From: Ramazzottius varieornatus
Taxonomy: Eukaryota; Animalia; Tardigrada
Direction of reading: 5' to 3'
Length of the DNA: 64,000 nt
Assembly (NCBI GenBank): GCA_001949185.1
Contig: BDGG01000008.1
Coordinates: forward strand, 1,962,761-2,026,760
A model generated the notes under the pieces. It was given only the letters and a program-made list of their open reading frames with translations. It made no database searches and was not told the DNA's origin. Shown one piece after another: positions 36,333-47,541 of the stretch; positions within the stretch are counted from its first letter, which is position 1; every line of letters begins with the position of its first letter. A program made the translations under genes and the position numbers.

Positions 36333-39300
36333 ATGAGACTCACGTTTGTTCTTTATCTTTCCGTCTTGACCCCGAACGGGAGCAACGCTAGTGATAAAGT
36401 CCTCACCATCTGCTCCATAATTGAACGCGGAAGCAGGGTTTTACTGGCTGATTATGACCGGTTGGGGGCTTCGCTGGACTTGGCGATTACCACAGCAAAC
36501 ACGGAAATCCTACCAGACGGCGTCACCTTTACCTTGGTGTACAAAGACGGCGGGCGTATATGCGCGCCGAAAAGTTCAACCATCGGCCGCATTGTAGAAT
36601 GGATACAAGAAAACGTGACATGCCACATCTACATTGGACCAGGTTTGTCCGTCGCTGCCTTGATTAATATTAACCTCTCGCAACTGTCACAATCATTCAA
36701 TGCCGCGAAGACGTTGTAAAGATTAGCGCATGAGCAGAACGCCGTAAGCCAAGTGGCCTGAATTTTTGCGCGGCCTGATACGGATATCCGGTCACTGTAC
36801 TATGTGATGTCATTGTAGCCATGTGATAATAATACAAGGCCTAAAAAATGGGTGTGCACGATATCCGTAGGCTACGGTACTGTGTTTCGCCGTTGGATTG
36901 ATGATCGGATTTCATCCCGGGCCGGGTTGCGGTGACCAAACGCGAGATTTATCGAGTTTCAATATCTGGCTTGACGAAAAAACATTAATGAGTAGAAATA
37001 GCGGTCGAACTGACACCGCTTAGCGTTTGGTACTGCACATGCACACGTAAAGCACTAAATCGACCTCTTTTTCGAAGGTTGCAGCGAGGCGGTTCTGGAC
37101 CTGTATCAAGTGGCCGAGCACAACAACATACCTTTGATTGGCATCCCCGGAGCGCACACGTCATCACGCTCGGGACTCCCGCGATCGACCTTCAAGAACT
37201 TAATACGAACCACCTACACGTTTGTTGGTAAAAGGTCTTAACCTTTCTGAAGCGTCGTTATTCGATCCGAACCCGAACCCGAACCCGAAGACCTTTGACA
37301 TGTCTGTCTTTCCAGACCTGGGAAAAGCCGTGAAAACCTTTATGGACAACTTCAACTACACCCACAACACCATAATCATCAACACGGATAGTTATTTCTA
37401 CGCGGAGATGGGCGACAACTTTCGTAATCAATTCCGAAATCAGCATCAGGACGAAAGGAAGAAGACTACGTTCGTCGAGTTTGCCCACGACCAGATGCCA
37501 GCTAAGTGGACAGTTCAAGATTTCTACGGTCAGCTACTACGGGATGCCAACGAAACATCCAGAGGTTTGTTCACGAAATCATCTCCGGTCACTTGAGTCC
37601 ATTCCTCTCAATCGGCTCTGTACCAGCAAAGTTCTTGGTTGCAGTCATTCTTCTGTTCGCAAACGCATCCGTTGTGCGAAATATTATGGTATGTGCACGG
37701 GCCTCAATTGTTGGGCGGGACAGAAGTGTTGGACACCCGTTTATTTAGTCAGCCAGAAGAAAGAATTTTTTGATTCTTTCCCATTAGTTGAATAACTTTA
37801 GGAAAGTGCTCCGCACACCACCGAAAATCACCATTGTCTCCGCACACCACCTCTCACCACCGGAGTCTGGACGTACCACCTTTCAAAGAACTGCAAAGAA
37901 CTGCGGAACTGGTTCTTAGACTGTTTCAATAGTAAAAATATGGGGAGACCTGGTATCAGAGTGGAATATCGAAGCCCGGTTTCTATTACCAGAGAGTTAG
38001 CGGTGTTCTAGCAAGTTCAGAGAACAGGAAGGGCTCATGATCCTAATGATCCCGCTGCTGATAAACACTTCTTGCCACGTGTAATCACGATAGAAAGGTG
38101 ATCTAACTTTCCTTTCTGAGAGTAAGTAATGCAAACCAATCTGGCTTAGAAAGGTGCTCGAAGTCCTTGGTGGTGGCACTTAGTTAGAAAGTTGTGTACG
38201 GAGTAAACGGTGGTAATGATTTGGAATTGAAAGGTGGTATTAGGATACTATGGTGGTGAAAGGAGGTGTGCAGAGCCTTCCCCATAACTTTATGATTTAC
38301 AGTACACTGTAAGTAGGTGTACGCGTGTACATCAGTTGAGTCAGTCGAACAAGTAAACGCCGAAAAAAAAACCAGGTGTCCAACAACTGTGTCCCGTCCG
38401 GGAACTGGGGTCGCAAGTGTACTGCATCCTAAAAGCATTAAATTGAAGTTAATAAGAGTACACCGGGGCATCTGTTCCGTTGACATCTAGGTGACTGCGT
38501 ATTCTCTCGGAATGGCCAACGGCGAGCACGTAAGGAAAAGTCTAGCTATCGATATTTCTCCGAGATGCTCTGATTTAATTGTGTGTATGGGTTTACATTT
38601 GCGTCGAGCTGTTCAAGAGCCGAATCTGGGGTGACTTCACATGGCAGAATGGCGATGAGAGCAACATGGTTCGTCCGACACGTCAAATTATCCAGAAGGA
38701 ACTTCCGACTAAGAACGATGTATTTGCAGGAAGCCCGGGAAGCATATCACTCCCTCATCGTTATTGCAATGGCTGAAGTTGTCGGTCCGCAGATGGAAGG
38801 GTTCTCAAGAGTTATGCGGCACATAGCGGCTCGGAAGTACAACTACACTTTCGGCGCTTTCGAACTTGTAAGTCATTTTCCGAGTCTGCGAAAATCAATA
38901 CACTGGATCACAAAGTGCGAAGCTTTCATTTTGTTCGTCGTCTGTCAGATCGATCCGATCAGTTTAGCCTATTACGAAGCAGTCATTCTTTTCGCGCACT
39001 CCATCAACAAGATTTCAAACAGCCCGAATGCGAATATCTACGACGTGAAGAAACAACTGACCAACATGCGGAACGTCACCATTAAAAGCGAGCTGGGAAG
39101 CGACATTGCTATTGGATCCAACGGCGACAGGATGGTATTGTACAACATCAAGCAGTTCGTTGACAACTCTAATAACGTAAGATTTACCGTTCTGGAAGAA
39201 AGTTGTTAATAACGAGCAAGCCGAGCATCCGATGTTCGGTGACCCAGTATTAACACCTGCAACACCATAAGATCGAAACGATCCCAAAAGCACCGTCACT

Positions 39301-42300
39301 GCGCTGTTGCGAGCTTCGCATTCAGTCGATCAGCCTGCTTTTTTTTGCTTTGCCTGGGCAAAATCTTCCTCTATCAGATGAAGATGGATAGCCAGTGCCC
39401 AACTGTAGCGAACGACTCCAGCAAATCGAAGTTTCGGCGGTGGTAGATTGGGCCTCCATGACTTTATGAATATGTATGATTTTTGTCGCTTCATGGACTA
39501 CTTTCAAAAAAAAGGCAAACGCTGAGAGTTACCTCCTGTCTCGTATGCCATTGTCAGATTCGGTGGGAATTTTTCCCATACTCAACAGAAAAAATCAAAG
39601 TGGCCGAAAATTTCGAAGTGCCGCCGAAGGGCGTTCCCCCTGCCACTTGGGCTGACTACCACTGCAAATACCATCAGGTTTCGTCGACTGGTGTTCATAT
39701 ATTTACTTCGTGAATTTTGGCTGTCATTTTTCGCTCTCATTTTATCTCGAGTTTCACGTTCTCTCTTTCCATCTTGCTCCCTCGTTTTATCCTCAATATA
39801 TATACATATACTCACGTATTTTGTCGTCATGCCGCACCTCCAAGAACTTCAGTCCGCTTTCGCAAAGGAAGGGTAAGAACTGCCAGGATTCTGGATTTAC
39901 AAGCTGTGGTAACAAGTTGATCTCAGAATAACCCTTGCTTTTTGTAGGCTTTCTTTCCCAGCTTCGCGTCATATAGCTTCACGTCGTATTAGTAAACTTG
40001 GGGAGGTTGTTTGTTCTTCAGTCCTGTATTTCCTCGATGAAGTGGTGGATTAAATGATTACCACACATGGTGTCATGCGCCGGTTAGAATGGGGACGTCG
40101 CTATTGATCAAGGGGCGGTGGCGCTCGTTTTTAAACCAGTCAGAAACTCTGGGATCGTTTCGCACCCCATGGCTCAATTTTGACACCAAACACGTGGTGC
40201 TGCAGGTGTTAAGCTGGCTTTTTGCAGCCGGAAACGATTATGCGCATGGATTTCGCCAAATCGAAGTTCATCTGGATGGGCTCGTTCAGTTGGCCGAGTC
40301 AGAAGAAACCAGGAAGTTTCGTGTCACAATTACCACCAGACGTACCTCCATGTGGGTTTTCCGGCACAGAATGCGCACCAAGTAAAGCGTTCCGACGACT
40401 AAGCTCAATGTGACTCTGGTGGTACTCATTACCGATTAAATCTAGGCTCGGAATCTCTGAAAACCGTGGCAGCTGTAGGAACGACTGTGCCTTTGATCAC
40501 CATTTTCGTGGCTCTGGCTGCGCTCTATCACGTTTACGGGTTGGTAAAGTTATTCTGCAGTCTCCACAGATTAAGGTCTTTCAGGGTCGAAACCCGGAAG
40601 TAAGACTCCCTGACTTGTTATTTTTACAGAAAGCTCAAGAAAGATCATGATCCGTACTGGTGGCGCTACTACTCGAACGAGCTGGAGCTTCCTGCAAACA
40701 ACGTGGCGCCCTCGGCCGTCAGCTTCTCCAGCTTTAGAAACCGAACGGTCAGCCTTAACTGCCTCGGCGGCTATAACCATCATTGCTTGTCAAAGGTTTT
40801 CCTGTCCCAGTGGCCAGGGCACATGAGCTACAGTGAGCAGGTTGCGTTTCGTTGCATCTGAATTCTGACTGATCGCTACGTCATCGCAGCCGACTGTGTG
40901 GTGTACGGTTGATGAGTGGCACTGCCACATTACTACCGTGGTTCACCGATCACCTGATCGTGACCTAACAAACTGAGCGCGTGGGACCGTAACCTGTCCA
41001 CTGTAGCTCGTGTGCCATGGTGTATGGGACAGGAAAACCTCTGTTGCTTGTAACATGAAACGCACTACAGGCTTCTCTGCTTAGGATACTGGACAAACGA
41101 TGAGCACGATGGCGCCGTCGATGTCCGGCTGGACAGCTTGTAACCTCCGTGGTAATCAAGTTTCGGCTCGTACCGTGTCTGCTCAGCAGTGCAAAGTATC
41201 TTCGGAGCTGGTGATGGATTTCAACAAGGGACTCTGATCTCTCTCACTCGGTTCGCTTTCTGTGCCGTCATCCGCAACGGTTATTTTTTAGCTCCGTAAC
41301 CTTCGCCAGCAGAACCTTCATCGGTTCATGGGAATCGCCCTGGATGAGCATAACTGGATAGTGTACGTCATCGCGGAGCATTGTAGCAAAGGTTGCCTGC
41401 AAGATATCCTGGAAAAGATTGAGTTCAAGATGGACTGGAGCTTCAAGTTTGCCTTTATGAAAGATATTGCGGAGGTGCGATCTGTCATTTTCACCACACT
41501 ATTCTACTGCATCCGATGTTCTTAAGCTTCGTCATCTTTAGGGTCTGTTCCACCTGCATGCTTCACCGATCGTCTCACACGGCTACCTCACATCCTACAA
41601 CTGTTCAATAGATGGTCGGTTTGTTGTTCGGATTTCAGACTGTGGTTTAGCAAAACTTCGAAATCCAACGGAACGCCAGCCGTTTGCCGAGGTGGCCGAA
41701 AATCAATCCATCGACCTCGGTTACTTGCAATGGCGCACACCGGAGCTTCTGCGAACCACGATGTCCGCGAACGGCACACAGGTACATGAAAGCGCACACT
41801 CAGTAACTGTTACTGCTGATCAATGGTCTTTTTCTTGGACAACTGCAGAGAGCCGACATCTATTCGTTCTCCATTCTGATGCAACAAATTATCCTGCGCA
41901 GTTCACCATTTTGCCAGGCAAACGTACATGACCAACGCACCCGACAAGAAACCAAAGAACTCCTGTCGGAGGTAGAGCGGGCAAGCCTACATTAACATGC
42001 CTGGTGGGTTGATGCTGAGATGAGATCTTTCAGGTCGCAAAGGGGATAGTTCCTCCAACTCGCCCACCCGTTTCTCGGTCGGCTTGTTCTCCGGAGCTTT
42101 ACCAGTTGATGGAGGACTGCTGGAGCGAAGCCCCGCTGGAAAGACCAAGTGCGGCGAAAGTGAGGACAACTTTAAAGAAGATTAGCGGGCGATCCAGCGA
42201 CAACGTAATCGACCTGTTGCTTCTCCGGATGGAATCATACTCTAAAGAACTCGAGAGGTATGAACTTTCGCTTGGCAGTAGGCCAGCTACGTTCACCTCA

Positions 42301-43513
42301 CCCCTACCATGATAAATGTTTCCGCTCGCAGTCAAGTTACGGAGAAAGCCCAGCTCCTTCAAGATGAGAAACGTCTTGTCGAAGGTCTAATGAAGCAGCT
42401 CATGCCAAGGTAGAAGAACATATTTCGGTCCGCAGGGATGGACCAGTCAAACATCCATCTGAGGTTATGTTTAATATGTTCTTATTTTTGGGCAGGCACA
42501 TCGCGGATTCGCTCAGTTCGGGACGTCTTGAAAAGCCTCACTACCACGAGCACGTTTCAGTCTGTTGTGCGAAACTGACGACTGACCTGACTTCCGCGAT
42601 GGACCCACAGGGGGCAAGCACAGCTATCGGTGCACTGAGTCGGGTTGTTTCCGCATTCGACGCCATACTAGACATCAAACAAACATGTGTCAGGATAAAT
42701 GGCTACCCAGAAAGCCTCATGGTTTGTAAAACTCGTTTTCATCACGATAACCCGTCCGAAAAACGTTGCTCCGTATTCCAGCTTGTGGCGGGCTTGACAT
42801 CACCCTCTGTCGTGCCCGCGGAAGGTCTTCTCCAGATACTACGCCTGGCAGAAGATCTCGAAAGTACTCTGCGAAACCTAACCGGCACCGAAAAGTGTCG
42901 ATTCCGGCTTCAAGCTGGAGTCCATACAGGACCGGTGATGAGCGGCTTACTGGAAACCCAAGTCCCAAAATACTGCGTGTAGGTTTAGGTACTCCGCGCC
43001 CGTGTCTAAACGACAGGAGCTCGGATTTATAAGATCGATATTACTGAAACAATAACTTGAAACGCTTTTCTTGCAGGCTTGGGGAAACTGTGGTGTCAGC
43101 TTTCCGGTTGATGGATGAGGCCGGTGGTAGGTGGTTGACGCTTATGGATCTCCGCCGATAGCTTTCATGGCCAAACCATCCTCAATGAAGCAATCTGCAT
43201 GATTTGTTCCGACATGCCTGGTTTTGCAGCTGGAGAAACCCTGATTACGGAGAAGACAAAGAAGCTCTTTTCAGTAGAAATTCAACAATTTGTAAGTCTT
43301 CGGCCGAAACCCAGAAAAGCACCGGATCTAGTTGGCTCGTCATACTCGAGCTCTGCAGATATTGTCTCGGAGGTAGGTTTTAGTGAACTTGAGTCGATCT
43401 GGACAGTTGCAGATCCAATAATCACACAATCTGGTGAAGACCATAAATTATTTACGTATTACTGTGACGTTGATAGAACGAGGCAGAACTACTGGAAACA
43501 TCCTATGCGGTGA
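36333..43513 (+). CDS. Receptor guanylyl cyclase-like protein (natriuretic peptide receptor architecture) with a degenerate cyclase domain; about 20 exons, possibly decaying
   Basis: Signal peptide; ANF-receptor ectodomain (IGPGCS, TSRVILL, NGDR); PPDVPPCGF plus TM; kinase-homology domain (EHCSKGCLQDIL, MDWSFKFAFMKDI, HGYLTSYNC, WRTPELLR, CWSEAPLERP); hinge RMESYSKELE; cyclase GVHTGPV..G..PKYC. Confidence 0.88.
37801..38283. mobile_element. Mutator-like (MULE) non-autonomous element in an rGC intron
   Basis: Perfect 9-bp TSD ATAACTTTA (37792-37800, 38284-38292); imperfect G-starting TIRs GGAAAGTGCTCCGCACACCACC / GGAGGTGTGCAGAGCCTTCCCC. Confidence 0.7.
39254..40208. mobile_element. piggyBac-type non-autonomous element in an rGC intron
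   Basis: TTAA on both sides; TIR CACCTGCAACACCA / TGGTGCTGCAGGTG; subterminal IR CGAAACGATCCCA / TGGGATCGTTTCG. Confidence 0.75.
40791..41043. mobile_element. hAT-type MITE (253 bp) in an rGC intron
   Basis: Perfect 8-bp TSD TTGCTTGT; about 55-bp inverted arms beginning CAAAGGTTTTCCTGTCCCA / TGGGACAGGAAAACCTCTG. Confidence 0.82.
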
Positions 43514-43711
43514 CTTTCACGTAAATCCACCTCTGGTGCGTCGGAACGACTCTTATACAATGAACTGGTAACCCCTCTGATCACTACATCGAGCCATCGT
43601 CATCGGTTCATACGCATTAACCAAAGACTTTTGCCAGCTTGGACAGATCTCTTTCCTGTTATTTCTTCGTACATGAATAAACTCTTGGTTCATTGGAAGA
43701 CTGCCGATATA

Positions 43712-44412
43712 CGAGGTACAGGACATAATTCGGGCATAGCGATTTTCGCATCATAATTCGTACATGGCGATTTTCGCATCATAATTCAGGCAATGCGAAA
43801 AGTTTAAAAATTGCGATCAACGCTTAATTTCTCATCGTACGTCTGTTGGTACAACTTTAGGCTCTTCAACATTAGACAGACCCATGTGTCTCCCATGACA
43901 GATTTGTGACGGCTCCAGCCTCGCTGCCAGCCACCACAACTCACTAGACAGGAGTTCCTCCTGTGAGTCTAGCCTAGCTCTCGAGAACTCTTCCATAAAC
44001 CTGGAAGACTTCTCCAGACTCAAACCCAACGCTCGAATATCACTGACAGATATTTGGTGCTATGAGTGATGGGCACTCGAGATCTTCCAACGCACACTAA
44101 AGTTAGCTTCGTCATGATTCAACCACGGCGTAGGCAAAGCAGGTAAACTCAATGGTAGCTAAGAAAGGCTGGACCAAACAACCGGTCCGACCACTCAAGT
44201 TGTCCTGAACCGCCCAGCTTCTCCGGATGCTCCTCACAGGTTGCCCTGATCTACAATATTTCACCGTTCTCAAACCTGTTCAGACCTCGAGAAGATAGAC
44301 CGATGTACCTCAGAGACTAGAAATTAGTGATTACGTGCAACAGGAACTGAGGAAAAGTACGCCCGATTTATGGCGCGAAAACCGCTATGCCCGAATTATG
44401 TCCTGTACCTCG
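43712..44412. mobile_element. mariner-type non-autonomous element (701 bp)
   Basis: About 45-bp TIR CGAGGTACAGGACATAATTCGGGCATAGCG at both ends; TA TSD; tandem GATTTTCGCATCATAATTC subrepeats. Confidence 0.85.
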
Positions 44413-44611
44413 TAGTTCTAAGCGCACGGAGTCCATTTGTACGGTATATGCATGAAAAAATCCGAAACAAATGCAGGCAGACAACACAAGCACTAACGGA
44501 CTGTTGAGAAATTGCGCAACGTATGCACCGGAGTAAATGTTGGAGTCACTCGATGATGCTGATAACGTCGACCATAGCCACCTACGATGATCTGAATGCT
44601 TGACAGTGAGC

Positions 44612-44988
44612 TTATCTGCCACTGCCAGAACCGCTACCCGATCCCAACGATCCACTGCCGGATCCCATCGATCCGCTAGCGGAGCCGCTACCGGACCCCA
44701 TCGATGCGCCACCGGATCCAGTGCAACCCGATCCGCTGGCAGAGCCGCTGTTGGATCCCGATCCACTGCCCGACCCCATCGATCTGCTACCGGAACGCAT
44801 ACCTGATCCGGTACCGAACCAGTACCAGATCCGCTGCCCGATCCGGGTCCCGAGCCACTGCCCGATCCCAGTTCACCGGTAGCGGATCCAGCGGATTAGC
44901 TACTGCCACCCGTGTTTTGTCCGTTAGAAACGCTGGTAACAGCCAGGACGACGAGGGCGCTCAGGCAAACGATTGTAAGAAGCTACAT
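44612..44988 (-). pseudogene. Pseudogene of a small secreted Gly/Ser-rich low-complexity protein
   Basis: ATG-TAG-LLTIVCLSALVVLAVTSVSNG (signal peptide with a stop at codon 2); second stop at 44898-44896; 1-nt frameshift near 44815; then (GS)n / GSMGSGSG repeats to TAA at 44612. Confidence 0.8.
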
Positions 44989-45208
44989 TGTTCCTGAGGT
45001 GAAGGATAATTTGCAAAGTGTGGAAAACGGGTAAAACAACAAAGGAAAAGATCTGAGCTGGCTTGACTGAAAGACGGCACGGCACTTGTCTTTGGAGCTT
45101 GTAATTGTAATTTGTAATTGTAGTTTGTATCAGTATTTTGTACTTGTAACTTGTAAAATTAAGAACAATTCTGTGAAAATGGGTGGCAAACTGATGAGTC
45201 AAACATTT

Positions 45209-45923
45209 GGGATGCCGGCAGACAAAATGTGCAGGATCATTGTATCAAGTGGCGCACCTTGCCAGCTAGTACCCATGAAAATTTGCGCCACTGAGATAAC
45301 GGTCGTGCACGCGCTGTTTTCCGGCCTCCCGTTTCAGGAACCAGTCGAGCAAGTCTCACAGTATTTCGTACATGAGCCCATCCATCAGGCACAGAAGGAA
45401 TTAAAGCAGCGGCCTGTCTGCCTTTCTGATAATGGAATTATGTTCATTCTTTGCATTCGAAGCTGAAATGCCAGCATAAAGCTACATGAAAATCTTCTCC
45501 ACAGTCTGTGCGAAAAACCTTGACTGTCTGGAATAGATTATATTATCACAGGAATCGAAATTGACGCCGAGAGTATCGTGTTCCGGTGCAATCAGTTTTG
45601 GCGCCAACCGGCAACTGCGAGCGAGCATACTGTCGGGATGATGGCATTGCCTTCAAAGTAATTTTGCTCAGACATGCATTGGTTTCTTGCGCTATTCAGA
45701 GAGCAAATTCCAGACTGTCTACTAAAATTTGAACAACGTTCTCGGGTTAGTTTTTTATAAAAGTTTTAGCTCAGGTGTTTACAGTGGGTTTGAAATTTTG
45801 AAATTGGAGAGCGGTGTACATATCTCGAGCGAGTGGACTGTACTGGCTGGCACCGTGCGCCACTTGATACAATGATCCTGCACATTTTGTCTGCCGGTGG
45901 CTGCTGGTCGTTTGTGGCATCCC
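45209..45923. mobile_element. TIR element (about 715 bp), superfamily unclear
   Basis: About 60-bp inverted arms CCGGCAGACAAAATGTGCAGGATCATTGTATCAAGTGGCGCAC..GCCAGC-AGTAC at both ends; termini GGGATGCC / GGCATCCC. Confidence 0.7.
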
Positions 45924-47541
45924 GACCATTTCCTTCTTTTCGATATTTGAAATGTTCGATCCTACACCACGCGATATTACCGTAGCAAAACATTTACATC
46001 GTTCACGATGTTGAGGTCCTTTCAGTCTAATGATCTAAGTTAGGGTTTATCCCCGGAACACGTATCCGATCCGGCAAAATCGGCCAGTAAACAGGGAAGC
46101 TGGAACGTTCCAAAGTCTTCGCCGATTTCTTCTGAGCTCAGTCCTAAACTTTCCGATGTGGATCGGTTGCATGTATCTGCGATTCCTTCGGTCTATCTCA
46201 TGAAAAATTTTGATGCGTTTCGGACGGATAGCTCAAATGTTGGGCGGAATCAACGACTTTCATTATTGGTGAGGGCTCCTCTCACTACCGACACCACCGA
46301 TCGGCTCATCACACAACTACCCAGAATTTTATTTCGGTTGGTGATGACTAAGACACCACCAGAAAAACTATTGTAGTAAGAACTATTGTTGATGCTATTG
46401 AAATACGAAAAGCTGGTGTAGTATGTGAAACCAATCTCGCCAGGAGAATATAGCCGGCCGGTGGGGCGACGAAGAACGTACAGAAGTACTACAGTGTACC
46501 TACTCATATGGATAATCACAGCTACTCAGCAACAACGATTTCCGGGACGACCCTGCATCGGTATTTGGCTGTGGTTCCGGAGCTCTGTGCGCCAAAAACG
46601 CCACAGCGTCGTCCAATGTGGTGAAGGTGAAGGTGTCCTGGTAGTTTAGGTGTCCGATCGGCTGAGTTGCAATCTGTTCAATGGAATTCCCAGTCAGAGA
46701 GCTGACGTCACTGGCGCGGTTCAAGTCCGTAACTTCCGAGTTTTGTAATTTCTTCCCGGATCGTCGGAGGATTTAGCTCCCTGAAACAGATGATAGAAGT
46801 GACTTTCTTGTATCGTTTTGCCTAGAAGGTTTGACTATCGGAACTTCGGGACATGCATAATCCCGTTGTGAGTGTCTTGGACGGTAGCCTGTTTGTACGC
46901 TGTCGAGAGTCGGCGACTTGCGTGACTATAGGTCTCTCAATGGTCCATTCCATAAGCTTGATGTTCGTGCCTCTAGCCAATGTGATGTTTGTCCTTATTT
47001 ATCATATAGATTTCAATATTAAATTACCCATCTGACCATTTCCGGAACTTTTGCAACGGGAAAGAAGCGGTCCCTGGTGCCGGTGAAATTGTAGTTTGGC
47101 GATGAGGAATCGCGAAAAAGGTCGGAAGCACGTCCTTTTGACTTCCCGCAAACAGTTATCCAGTGGTCTAGATTATTGTGTAAAGTTAATGATATCCCGA
47201 TCGGCGTGTGACATGTTTGAGAATTCGCTTGTCGGGATGATCGAACCGAAGTGCAATCTGTAGATAAAATGTTTACTGATACTTTAGTCATGAGTGTATT
47301 GAGTACCAACTCTAGTGTGGAGGGTGCAGTCTTGATATTGACAATCGTTTTCCCTCAAGGATTGAAATGTTTTACGACCTTCAGGTCGAGTCGGACAGTT
47401 AAACAAAGGCACGATGGCGCTCTACCACACTGCTGACGAGGAACCACCACTATTTCTAATCTGCAGACCTTAAAGCGGCACTCATGAGAACGGTATTTAT
47501 TCCTGCAGTGCTTGGTTTGGGCGCTGGAAAAAAAAGCGGAA

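Noticed and set aside
37267-37290. (CCGAAC)n giving a PNPNPNP peptide
   Set aside because: Lies within an rGC intron; a simple microsatellite.
44368-44997. Alternative-frame repeat ORFs (DRWDP.., ATRS..)
   Set aside because: Shadows of the Gly/Ser-coding frame.
46500-47309. Minus-strand ORFs with LHNNLDHWITV, faintly like a transposon-associated Ulp1-type protease
   Set aside because: No catalytic Q..G.DCG motif and no coherent splice model; an HMM search would be needed.
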